From the NCBI GenBank assembly GCA_002269645.1, contig NIVC01000684.1, forward strand, positions 428,576-492,575: a DNA stretch of 64,000 nucleotides, given 5' to 3'. Below are positions 21,801-31,800 of the stretch, piece after piece. The stretch comes from Macrostomum lignano. Its lineage: Eukaryota. How positions within the stretch are numbered: the first letter of the stretch is position 1; each line of letters starts with the position of its first letter. Made by a program: the position numbers and the translations under genes. The notes beneath the pieces are model-generated. The model was not told the origin of the DNA. It made no database searches and saw nothing but the letters and a program-made list of their open reading frames with translations.

Positions 21801-22105
21801 TGATTTTCAACCTTTGTTTTCGGATCCTCAGTCTGTGTTTGCTGGCTCATCTGACCTTCAGTCTTTGTTTTCAGATCCTCAGTCTGTGTTTGCTGACTCA
21901 TCTGACATTCAGTCTTTGTTTTCAGATCCTCAGTCTGTGTTTGCTGACTCATCTGACATTCAGTCTTTGTTTTCAGATCCTCAGTCTGTGTTTGCTGGCT
22001 CATCTGACCTTCAGTCTTTGTTTTCAGATCCTCAGTCTGTGTTTGCTGACTCATCTGAACTTCAGTCTTTGTCCGATCGTTGGTCAATGATATGTCAGCA
22101 TTCAT
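18869..22105 (-). CDS. NAPA-like: alpha-SNAP-like paralog 7 (type B): about 700-aa repeat stalk + SNAP domain, no TM
   Basis: 1078-aa ORF, acceptor tttatttcag 33 nt upstream. Five 16-aa repeats (KTEGQMSQQTQTEDLK), then about 85-90 heptads of KAEDQTA type. Core nearly identical to paralog 5. Ends STVELA. Confidence 0.9.
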   Translation of the reverse strand: MNADISLTNDRTKTEVQMSQQTQTEDLKTKTEGQMSQQTQTEDLKTKTECQMSQQTQTEDLKTKTECQMSQQTQTEDLKTKTEGQMSQQTQTEDPKTKVENQTTETEDQTAMAENQIAKAEGQTAKAEDQATKAENQTAKAEGQAAKAESQMGEQTKAEDQTAKAEGQATKAENQTAKAEGQAAKAESQIGEQTKAEDQTAKAEEQTAKTEDQTAKAEDQTAKAEDQTAKTEDQTAKAEDQTAKTEDQTAKAEDQIAKAEGQATKAENQTAKAEGQAAKAESQMGEQTKAEDQTAKAEGQATKAENQTAKAEGQAAKAESQIGEQTKAEDQTAKAEDQTAKTEDQTAKAESQIGEQTKAEDQTAKAEDQTAKTEDQTAKAEDQTAKAEDQTAKTEDQTAKAEDQTAKAKDQTAKAEDQTAKAEDQTAKAEGQAAKAESQMGEQTKAEDQTAKAEDQTAKAEDQTAKTEDQTAKAEDQIAKAEGQATKAEDQTAKTEDQTAKAEDQIAKAEGQATKAEDQTAKAEDQTAKAEDQTAKAEGQATKAENQTAKAEGQAAKAESQMGEQTKAEDQTAKAEDQTANAEDQTAKAEDQTAKTEDQTAKTEDQTAKAEDQTAMAEDQTAKTEDQTAKTEDQTAKAEDQTAKTEDQTAKAEDQTAMAEDQTAMAEDQTAKAEDQTAKTEDQTAKAEDQTAMAEDQTAMAEDQTTRAKGQMDEQTKTEDSTTKAEGQTATAEDQTARIEGQTTKDRGQLGQPVNENPTATDQSAGNQWVPWLRKKFSAGSTWVKDAAVAKLPGADTAESLMQKARKFKLEKKWSEAGDAFSEAADKFRHQGGNTIYEQADCYQNAANCFCKTDKPKAVHCFEQAAQLYCEVGQFSIAARLMETAGELTEELARKLPASNTQNSSDPELSSFDIVSDANSTYLMKEAIDRYQKAADHFSAENSVASAASCRTKLAILLGDSGQFVKAANEFAKLGEEAQGHDLLQFGANDHMLKSCLCQLAMDPEACSKQADELAAKSESFARSDEFALVKGLAAANSVDDFDKAVTEYERFNNLDEFDMRRITEARKSMQRSTVELA
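19985..22070 (-). repeat. Coding tandem repeats of paralog 7 (21-bp heptad units; 48-bp units at about 21810-22070)
   Basis: Read directly. The frame is preserved over about 2 kb. Confidence 0.95.
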
Positions 22106-22367
22106 TTTTCTTAATGCTGCTTTTGAATCTTTGAAATTCTGAAATAAAATGCAAATAATGTTATTAAGTCAGTAAACATTGACCATAGCAGTGAGAAACT
22201 GCTAGGATGATAAAGTATAAAAATTCTAAAATTTTTGGAATGTAATTTAGTACAACTGCGTTGGATTGTTCGCTTCGAAATCGTGCCATGACAACATGAC
22301 ATCGAAGATGATCTATTTTAAAAGCTTTCAAGAAGATGCTTTTTAAAAGCCTACAGACTGAGTATCT

Positions 22368-22680
22368 ACAGACACAGACTGAGGATCTGAAAACAAAGAC
22401 TGAAGGTCAGATGAGCCAGCAAACACAGACTGAGGATCCGAAAACGAAGGTTGAAAATCAGACAATAAAGGCTGAAGATCAGACAGCAGAGAATGAAGAT
22501 CAGACAGCAAGAGCTGAAGGCCAGACAACAAAGACTGAAGGTCAGATGGGTGAGCAAACAAAGACTGAAAATTCGACAACAAAGGCTGAAGGTCAGACAG
22601 CAATGGCTCAAGATCAGACAGCAGAGAATGTAGGTCAGACAACAAAGACTGAAGATTCGACAACAAAGGTCAGACAAATG
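22368..22680 (+). repeat. Inverted partial copy of the paralog-7 repeat region
   Basis: The plus strand translates QTQTEDLKTKTEGQMSQQTQTEDPKTKVENQT...KAEGQTA, near-identical to the minus strand of about 21790-21900 and 19940-20000. Confidence 0.9.
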
Positions 22681-23918
22681 TGTCAATGGCACATTTTTGA
22701 CATATCTAATGACCTCTAAAAACATAAGATACAGATAGCAATCTATGAAGGAATATAATATAGCCACCTCTACTACAATTAGAGAATTTAAATTCATAAT
22801 TGAACTAAAAATCATTAAACTAAATAGAGGTCGAAAGATTTTTGTAATAAAACGAAATTAGTTAATTGAAATTAATGAAAATCTTAGCATTTCTACTAAC
22901 AGTAGAGTTGTTTGAAACTGGCTATCGAAAAAAAGTTACTTCTGCATTGGTTTGAAAGTATCGATTTTATTGAAACTATTGTTTCTTCTGCAGTCTAAAG
23001 CGTACAATACAAACTGTGCATGTGGGTATGTGTGTTTGCACAATGCAAGAAGTGTTCAAACTTTAGCTATGTTTTAAACCCATAGTGAGGAATTATTATA
23101 CTACTAAGAAAAATTAATTCTAGATACTAATTTGATCTCATCTATAGAAAACAGATTGTAATAGCTAGTAGAATTTACAAGATAATTATGAGACTTACAA
23201 TGGCTCAAATATACAAGTTCTTATCAGGTTACTTTAAGTAGATAATGAAGAATAGTGTCTGCCCATAGCTGTGTACAAGTACTTGTAAAGTGTTGTGATA
23301 ATAAACCTGGCTTATCCTGTAATCAGTGCTCGACTCAGAGCTGCTATTAAATCATAGCAGAGTGACCTGAGAGGTCAGCCAACTTTGCTCACTTGCTTGC
23401 ATGCACTAACACAGGCATATTGCGCATTTGTCCCTGGCATTTTCCCTACATGTACAAAAACCCCTCATTAGCTCCTGACAGACTCACAAGAAGACCCAGG
23501 GGTTCACTCAAGGCAGCTGTAGGGCTACTGGACTTACTGGGCTCTGGCGGCGGCAACCCATCCGTAGTCTTGACTTCTGTCTTGGCCCCACTGGGTATGA
23601 GCTCCGCCCGGAAGTGAACCTGTGCGTATCAGGAGGTACCTCTGGCCACGGCTCTGAGGAACAGGTATCACCCTCTGACTTTAACAGGGTATGCGGCCAG
23701 TCCACAGGCTCTGGGGACAGCCTAATTTGTCCCCCTCAAGGGCCCAGTGTAACACCGAGCTGATGGTCCTTTGGTTCGGTCTCTAGTTTCTCCAAGCCAG
23801 GGAGTTTCTCAGTTGATAGCGGTCGGGCCGGTTAGGGCCTAAGGCACCATTGGCGCTTGGGGTTACAGCTCAGCGGCTTCTCAACTCTAGTCCCCACCCA
23901 TTGGCCTTTTAGCGATTC

Positions 23919-25125
23919 ATGAAGTATTCATTTACTTCCGACGCGTCCGTGGCTGCTGGAGCGCCAACCGAGGGTGGTACCGCGGCCCAACTGGACATTC
24001 GCAACACAGGAGCCTCCTGTGACTCTCATTCAGCCCCTGCCGCCACTCAGGACAATACCGAAGTTGGCTGGACAACAGGACAACAGGACAACAAAACCTC
24101 TAAAAAGAAGGCCTGTAGAATTTCTCGCTACAAAGCTTTTCTCCAGCGCAAAGCGAAGGAACGGAGGAGTGCGAAAGCCGCCCCTCCGGCCACCTCCGAG
24201 GAGGGTGCCGGTAACTCTGCGAATCCTGCGGAGGAGCCGACATCCGACAGGGGGCGCGGGACCCGCGCGCCGGTCGGAAGCGTCAGGTGCCGCCAAAGCT
24301 CCTGGTGCGGCTGGCTCCTCCCGTGGTGGGACCTCTGCCCGTGTGGAAACTCCTACGGCCGCGGAGGGATCCAAAGCAGAGGATGTTGGCCAAACCACCA
24401 AGCCAAAGCGCACCTATGCGGCTATGGCCAAATGGCAGCCGGCCCTGATCATCCCAGGCCAGGGGACGCCTCCTTCGGTCAAACAGCTCGACCAAATCTG
24501 GCGCAGGTTATATTCCCATCGGGTCAAGTTGGCCTTGAGCGGTACCATCATTCAAGACCTAAAGACGAAAGTCGAGGACCACGCCCTCCACATCCAGCCC
24601 GCCAGTCTGCTGTCCAAACAGCCAGTTTGGACAGCAGCTCTTCAAGATGCTGAAGCTGAAAGCCTTCGACTGGAATACGGAGCTGTAAACGTGTTCATCT
24701 ACAGGGAGGACGAGCGACCTCGAACACACCGGCACCGTGCCTGGATTCCGGCTCACAGTTCCATAACCAAAGCCGACGAGCTGCGCCACCTGCTAGTGGC
24801 TACCAATCCGGAGCTGCCGGCCAGTGGCGTCGTAGCTCCCGAGAACATCTCCAAGCCAGGCGGAGACGGTTTCACGGCAATCCTCGGACTACTGGATAGC
24901 TGGATGCTCGCGCAAATCCGCAGAGCTTTTGGCGCTACCTGGGGCCTCACCCCCGCCTCTGGTGGATTTACACTGCCGTTGTTAGACCGGCCATCTCCTT
25001 CACCGGCTTCATTTGGAAGTGCCCTCGAGGTGAAAGGGGTTCTTAAGGCTCTAAACAGGGTGCAAGGCCGCGCTTGTCGAGCTGTCATGAGCGCGGCTCC
25101 CTCTACACCCTCAAGGACTACTTAA
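23919..25125 (+). mobile_element. ORF1 of a degraded non-LTR retrotransposon (DUF4780/LOA-like by motif resemblance), with one frameshift
   Basis: The ATG 23919 frame joins the 23974 frame at the G-run near 24250. Low-complexity N-terminus, KRTYAAMAK, then RAWIP...ELRHLLVATNPEL. It lies directly upstream of an RNase H fragment. Confidence 0.55.
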
Positions 25126-25149
25126 CAACTAGTGTGTGTGTGTGTTGTT

Positions 25150-25960
25150 AAGTAGTCCTTGTACACCCTTTGCTGGCATGAACTCCTTCCTGGACATTCC
25201 CCCCTTGACCTTTTTGTCAGAGGGGAGGAAATGAAGACCACCCGCCGTCTGCTTGACGTGGGTGTCCCCACCCAGAAGCAATTCGCCTTCAAAAAGCGGA
25301 ACCTCCGGCCGCACGGCGACCTCAGCCTACGGGACCTTGAAGCAGCGGGAGGCCTGTTGACCCTCTCGGATGAAATTCCGTCCACGCTCTGCCCTCCGCT
25401 CAAATTCAAAACCAGCATTCCACCACGTCACGAGGCTAGGGACAACTGGAAACTCTGTGAAATCCACTGCTTCACTGATGGGTCCCAAATCAACTCCCTC
25501 TGGCTACGGCTACTGCATCGTGTCTGGAGGGAGAACCGTGGCGACCTTCTCCCAGCACACCGGCATCTGCTCCACCGTTTTCCAGAACGAAGTGCTCGCC
25601 ATCAGCTCCTGCGCCATGGAGCTGTACAATCAGCGCGTCTGGGGGAAGGAGATTATCTTCCACTCGAACAGTCAAGCGGCGATCCACGACCTTGAGCGCA
25701 CCACCACCTGCTCGTGTACAGTCTTCGACTGCATCGGGCAGCTCAATCGCTTAAGTGCCTCCAACAGGGTGTCCCTAAGGTGGATCCTCGGGCACTCGGG
25801 CCATCCCGGCAACGAGTTGGCTGATCGCCTGGCTAAGGCTGGCTCGACCGGTTCTTTTACTGGTCCCCTGCCCGTGGCCCCCACCCCACCACCATGGTCA
25901 CCACTCGGATCAACCAGTGGGTGGCTTCAAAACACAGGGAGAGTTGGGCTAACGCCCCCG
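25150..25960 (+). mobile_element. RT connection + RNase H remnant of the same non-LTR element (frameshift near 25490)
   Basis: LPGHSPLDLFVRGE, then CFTDGS...SGYG...TVFQNEVLAI...IIFHSNSQAAI...[24 protein letters not shown], which are non-LTR RNase HI motifs. Confidence 0.85.
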
Positions 25961-27449
25961 ACTGCAATACCCTATGTTTTTATTACATTAGAGAGAAATA
26001 ATAACAAATCAATAAAAAACTGAAAATTACAATTGATTATATTTTAAATATATGATTTGACCTAATTAACTATAGACATTTTCTATACTATAATATACAT
26101 TTTTCTTAAACTTTAGATTCTTTTAGAACTGGTTATCTAATAGAACCTGATGCCCATAGGTCACAAAGCCTTTATCGGAATGCTGATATAATTTAACATT
26201 TAAAATTTAAATTAAAGATAATGTAGCAAATTATTAAATTAGCAACATGCAAATAATAAAGTGATAAAAATATCCTAGTATTGTAAAATATAAATAATTT
26301 GGAGGACATTTGCTTTGGTCCTTCCCAATAAAAACAGGTCCTGAATCAGCCCCTGGCTTCATAACAATATACTTTTCAATTAAATAAGGCATGGCATAGC
26401 ATGCATCATATTGATGGCTATCTAATTTATAAATAAATATTTAGCTATATAATATTAGCATTGTATTAGTAAAAAAAAATTTTTGAAGTCTTTTATAATT
26501 TGTGCATTTTGTCAGGTAGTTATAAACAACTATAAATTATGCAGTAAAAGATAATTGGAAGATCAATACATATTATGCTTGAAACTAAGGAAGTAAAGTA
26601 TACAAATCTAGTTAACACGAGCCTCACGAGGTGCAGCAGATTTGCAAAGTATACTCGTACATTGAATTTTGAAAGTTTTTTAACTATTTTATCTGCATTG
26701 CAAAAAAGGAACTTCGCTTTTTGTTTAGTGTACATTTTAATTTAATTGTACAAAGCCCTTCAACGAAAAATGTACTACGTACTTCTCACGTAGCGTAGTT
26801 TATGAATAACGTACTTCAAAGAAGATAGTACCTTATTTGTGGTGAAAAAATTCGATTCAGCGCCCGAGCACATGTACATTAGTGCTATAATTTTTAAATT
26901 AACTCGGCCAAATTAATTGATCCTAATTGACAAACAATCAGATATTTTGCACTTAAGTTTATTTCGTAAAGCATTTACGAAGAAAAACTAATCATTTTGT
27001 TAAAGTTTAGATCGTAATCTTTGATACACTTTTTAACTTGAGTATTTTTGAGAGAAATTATTTTGCGAAAAAAACAATTCAAACAAACAGCGGGATTGCA
27101 TATTAGTTTGCTTTTTTAATTTTATTTAATTTAAGGAATGCAATGAATATTACAGTTTATATTAGAGACATCTGCTAGAAATAAAACAACTATTGTATTT
27201 ATACATGCAATTCTTTTTACCGTTGCATATGTAAAGCACAAAGCTTCTCGCGGGCCCTAGGTCTGAAAAACTTAATCGCTGGGCGCTCTAGCCTCCCACT
27301 CCTGTCAAATGGTCAGCCAACTAATAGCAAAGATCTGATGAGCAGCTAGTTAATTAAGCTAAGCTATATAGATAGCGAGAGCTGATATCATGCAGATTCC
27401 ATTTAACAATAATTTTAGAATCCGATCGAAAAGACATTATACATGTAAA

Positions 27450-27818
27450 CAGGGGCGTCGCCATGGATTTTTTAGAGGGGGGTAGACAAAGCCAACAATG
27501 ATACACGTACATGTGCATGAATAAATTCCTACATGTACATTATTTTCAAAATAGGTATTGTCAGCACTCATTTTAGCGCCGCGGGAACTCATTTTAGCGC
27601 CACAGACACTTATTTTAGCGCCGCAGGCACTCATTTTAGCGCCACAGGCACTCATTTTAGCGCCACAGGCACTATGCTTTGTCTTCCAGCTGCAAAATTA
27701 TTGATTTCCATAACGGGTCACAAGGTGGGGGGAAAAATTGGCATGTCCCCGGCCCCAGATCTTTTACTGGGGGGGGGGGGGACATGTCCCCTTTGTCCCC
27801 CCATTGGTGACGCCCCTG
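27450..27818. mobile_element. hAT-type MITE (369 bp) with five internal 22-bp tandem repeats
   Basis: TIRs caggggcgtcgcca / tggtgacgcccctg (13/14). Perfect 8-bp TSD catgtaaa at 27442-27449 and 27819-27826. Internal cactcattttagcgcc... x5 at about 27565-27673. Confidence 0.93.
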
Positions 27819-28599
27819 CATGTAAATCATGCATGCAGCTGATCCGGGAGGATTGTGTAATCTGCCTCCTGTGAAAATTGTCTTTCCAAACCAGCTCTCT
27901 CAAAATCTGGTTTCCAAGAAGGAACTCTAAACTACTATAGTAACCTTTTTATGCTGTCAATCTCATTTAAGTATATCTAAAAGCCAAGTAACGTAAGTAA
28001 TCTAAAGTAAAGTAAATTAAAGTAAAGATTCTAAAGTAATCAAAAGTCATATAAAGTATCGAGCTAGACGTACATGTACATGCAGTACTGCTGGGACTGG
28101 ATCGATTGCTTTGACAACATATGGGATTCTTGCAGAGACATATCTGATCGTTCCAAACCGCGGTTGCCCTCTTACTGTCTCAATTCTGTAGTATTAGGAG
28201 AGTCGACCGCGGAGTATCATTTTAACTACTCGCCATTACATGTACAGCTGTATACTTCGATAATGCGCGGCACAAACACCATCAGCCACCCCTAACTATA
28301 GTGGATCAACGAGCCGACCACCCCGGTAAACATCCCAGACTTTCGCGCCTCTGTTTTGAGATACCGCGGCCGGATGTCGAGGGTCGCCGATGCGAACTCT
28401 TGTGTGAACCGCGCCGACTACTCGCGCGGTGCCTGCGAGTAGTATAATTAGTACTCGCATTAAGTACTATAATTATTGTGTGTAGGTGCCTTTGATTTTT
28501 TCAGCGGTCGGAAAACTCAGCAGGCCCTCGAAGTCGATCTCTGTCAGGCCCTCGGGTGCTTTGAAACTTCACAATAGCAATTCACCCGGCCTGCTCAGG

Positions 28600-28845
28600 G
28601 TTTGTCTCTCTGCTCTCTTAATTCTCTTTTCTCTCTCTCACTCTCTCTCTTCTAAACTCTCCGATCCCATCTCCCTAATTCTCCCCTCTCCCTTCTCTTC
28701 TTTTCTTCCCCTCCCATTCTGTCTCTCTCAATCTTCTCTCTCTCTCCGCTCTCCCCTCTCTTCTCTCTCCCGACTCTCCTTTCCTCTTTCCTCTCTCCTC
28801 TATTCTCTTCTCTTATCTTTTCTCTCATCTTATCTCTCGCCCTTT
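28600..28845. repeat. CT-rich low-complexity tract
   Basis: Read directly. Confidence 0.85.
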
Positions 28846-31800
28846 GAGGTAAAAAAGTGGCAAAACCCTGTTTTATATAGCGTTTATAGATTTTGTTTAT
28901 AAGCACGTTAACTTAACAAATATTTCCAAGCAGCAAGATATATAAAATCTGAACTTCAGCTGAACCTTGGCTGAGGGCGATGCTTTTCGTCGAAACTTTA
29001 CTTATAAAAACGCAGTTTTACCGTTCAATAATCTGTGTAGCGACTTAATCTGAGTGCATCTCTATAAAACTGTAAGAGTTTTACGGTTCAAATCTGTATT
29101 GATGTACTTTTCTCGATAGTCTAAATTAAACCTCATAAATTGCCGTCTTATTACTCATGCAGCGAGAACTGTGGTTTATGACTACTCATTCTTTTTCATT
29201 CTTAAAAGTGCAGGTGTGAGCCCGCGGATAGAGTTTATTTCTACTCTGCAATTTTCAAAAAAAAAATTGTTGACTGAACATTCTGTAGATTGCGTGAACA
29301 ATTCCATGCATGGTGTTGCTATCGAGGAGACTGTAACAGGTCGTTTATCGGTAGTCTCTGAAAGGCCTCTCACGCCAACTACCTTACACGCCTGCTACCC
29401 CTCTGCCACGACAGGCAGAAACTTCGAAGAACTGAGACAAGTCCTTTCTTAGGTTTGAGCTCAAACTTTACTCAACTCGGCAGTGGAGGGCCTCGGCTCT
29501 TTCAATTGCATTGTATTTATAATGCTCGACATTGTGCTCGGGGGCAGCGTTGGGGTGGTGGCGTGATATTTTTCCGCTTCACCCATCTTATTTGCTTTTT
29601 TGCATAGTTAGCTAGTTAGATGAATTAACACAGCTAGAGGGCACGCATGGTCTGCGGGGCTGTTTTAGTGCAGGCAAATGGGTGGGTCTAACATTAAATA
29701 TCTATGATAAGTTTGTAATAGCATATCAGCGTTTTGAACGCTGATAGAGACGATCATGATTGGCCAAAATGTAAGCACTAATTCGCTCTAGTGGAAGTCG
29801 TTAAACCTCTTCAATTGCATCTCATAGCTACTCAGAGATATGAGGGAAACATCCTCTCCAATTTAAAACATTGATTTTTCCAAACCCCGCGCTAGCACAT
29901 GGGCTCTAAACTTACTAGCCTACTAACAGTGGGCAATGGGCATTTTTATCCTTTTTCTGCGAATTGTCATAGAATCTATACTAGATATAATGTTTGGTCA
30001 TACTAGTAGTCATAATAACATAGGCGCAGCTTTTTCGGTCATAAATCATCGCTTTCGAAGCTGGTCTGACAGCCACCTGCGCCTCACTCAGTGTTGAGGC
30101 GGGCGCCAGATGGTCTGAGAGGATGCGGGCGGTAGCTTTTTTCTCATCATTTTGACAGGCCATCAAGATTTATGAGGTCAAAGCCTACTGTTCGGGTTCA
30201 CTCAAGCGTGTGACAGCTTTGACAGCTATGCGTTTTACCCCTAAAAGTACTTTGGGATTAGCGATTAGCGGTTTCTCTTCATACTCTTCACTTTCTATTT
30301 AATAAGAGCTTTCTAATGTATATTTTTTCATTAATTTCTGTTAATCCTACGCGAAAAGTCATAAATCATTTTGTTGCGATTTTGATTGATTTATGGCCGC
30401 ACCTGTCATCTTTTTACGACCCTGTGGGAACTGATAGGATCTCCCGGTCACGTGATTCTGGGTAGCAACAAGCTTAGCTAATCAGAAAATTCGGCGCTCA
30501 TTTTACCAAATCGGCTCAGCCAATCAGAATCGACGTGTTCCATTATAACAAACTGCGGTCCAGTTGGCGGATATTTAAACCTGTGTTTTTGGCCCACTCG
30601 GACTCCAACTTGCTCGGGCCCAGCACGCAACTTCTGGTTCCCGGAGCGCGACCGTCGTTTCTTGATCCCCGGATTGCGACTCCCCCCCCCCTCATCATCA
30701 AGGACGAGTCCCCCGGTCATCAGCAGCGAACATCAAAGTTAAGATCATCACCTGCTAGCTATCTGCGAAGATTGTGACAGCATCATCCCGAGTCTACAGC
30801 TGCGAAGCATCAAACCGATTCGGTCACTGTGGATTTCCTGGTCTCTGGCTGTTGAGTTTCTGATTGGTTGGGTGAGAGGCTACCTAGACTTGCTTGATTG
30901 GGTGATTCCTTATCTGTCCCCTGTTTCAGTAGCTGAATTAGGCGCACACTTTTGCTCATTTTGTTCAGTAGCGCTGTTGCTGAGGCAGAAGTCATTCAAT
31001 AATACTGCTAGTAGTCTAAACTCCAATTCAATCTGAAGTGTGAAGTGATCTAAGGAGAAGGTTAAATCTAACAGTTATTTTTATCGGTTTTGTTTCTTTG
31101 TTCGCCGATGGCTCAGATGAGTAGCTAAGCTAGTAGGCGCCGGTCACAGTGGACCAATGGCAAGGCAGTTCTCAGTCAATCAATCTATCAAATCAGTGAG
31201 CAAAATTGCCAGTAGTGCAGAATCGGCGCCAGAGATGTACTTTGTGCACTCTAGGTTCGCCAAGCGGCTCGGGTAATGAATCATGCGGTCTCTGAAGTTC
31301 GAGTTAGTCTATCATCAGCGCTATGAGAGGCTAGTTGGCGCGTTGAAGGCCAAAAGTACAATTCTTCGTATTTAGCAATGTAATAGTACATGTAGTTACC
31401 CCATAGTCTCGCCACTGCAAGAATCCCCTGCACAAGTCCCCTCTGTACCTGCATGGCCAATGCGATCTAGTCCCAGCAGTGTCCCTTAACATCGGCTATG
31501 ACTTCGAGATTGACAGCAAAAAGACACTAGTTGGCAGGTAAGTGCAAAGCCCCTTCTAGTCGGAAGCCCGATTTCGAGAGTCCCGGTGTGGTGAGCCAGG
31601 ACGTACGGGCTGGTGGCAGCGAGTTGGCTAATCTGCGGATTAACTAATTTCTACCTTTAAAATTCTCCCTGCTTGTCTCTCGCTGTCCCTCTCTTAGCTT
31701 CAATTTACAATCACGCAGGTAATACTCGACAGCCAGCCCCGCAAATGGGAAAGTACTAAATTCCGTTTTCTCTGCACTGGGGTAGCACCGCTTGATGAAT

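Noticed and set aside
19802-22134. Cys/Leu-rich plus-strand ORFs (CCLIFSL, LLSDLQP repeats)
   Set aside because: Antisense readings of the paralog-7 heptad array.
24245-24260. Programmed frameshift in retroelement ORF1
   Set aside because: It falls in a G homopolymer of an otherwise decayed element; mutation or sequencing error is more likely.
28417-28443. 9-bp-stem hairpin (actactcgc/gcgagtagt) as a Helitron 3' end or terminator
   Set aside because: No CTRR end at the expected distance and no matching 5' end identified.
28486-28906. ORFs over the CT-rich tract
   Set aside because: Low-complexity artefacts.
30478-30995. Short minus-strand ORFs as the SAMD9 C-terminal OB-fold exon
   Set aside because: No convincing motif or phase-consistent splice pair found by eye.
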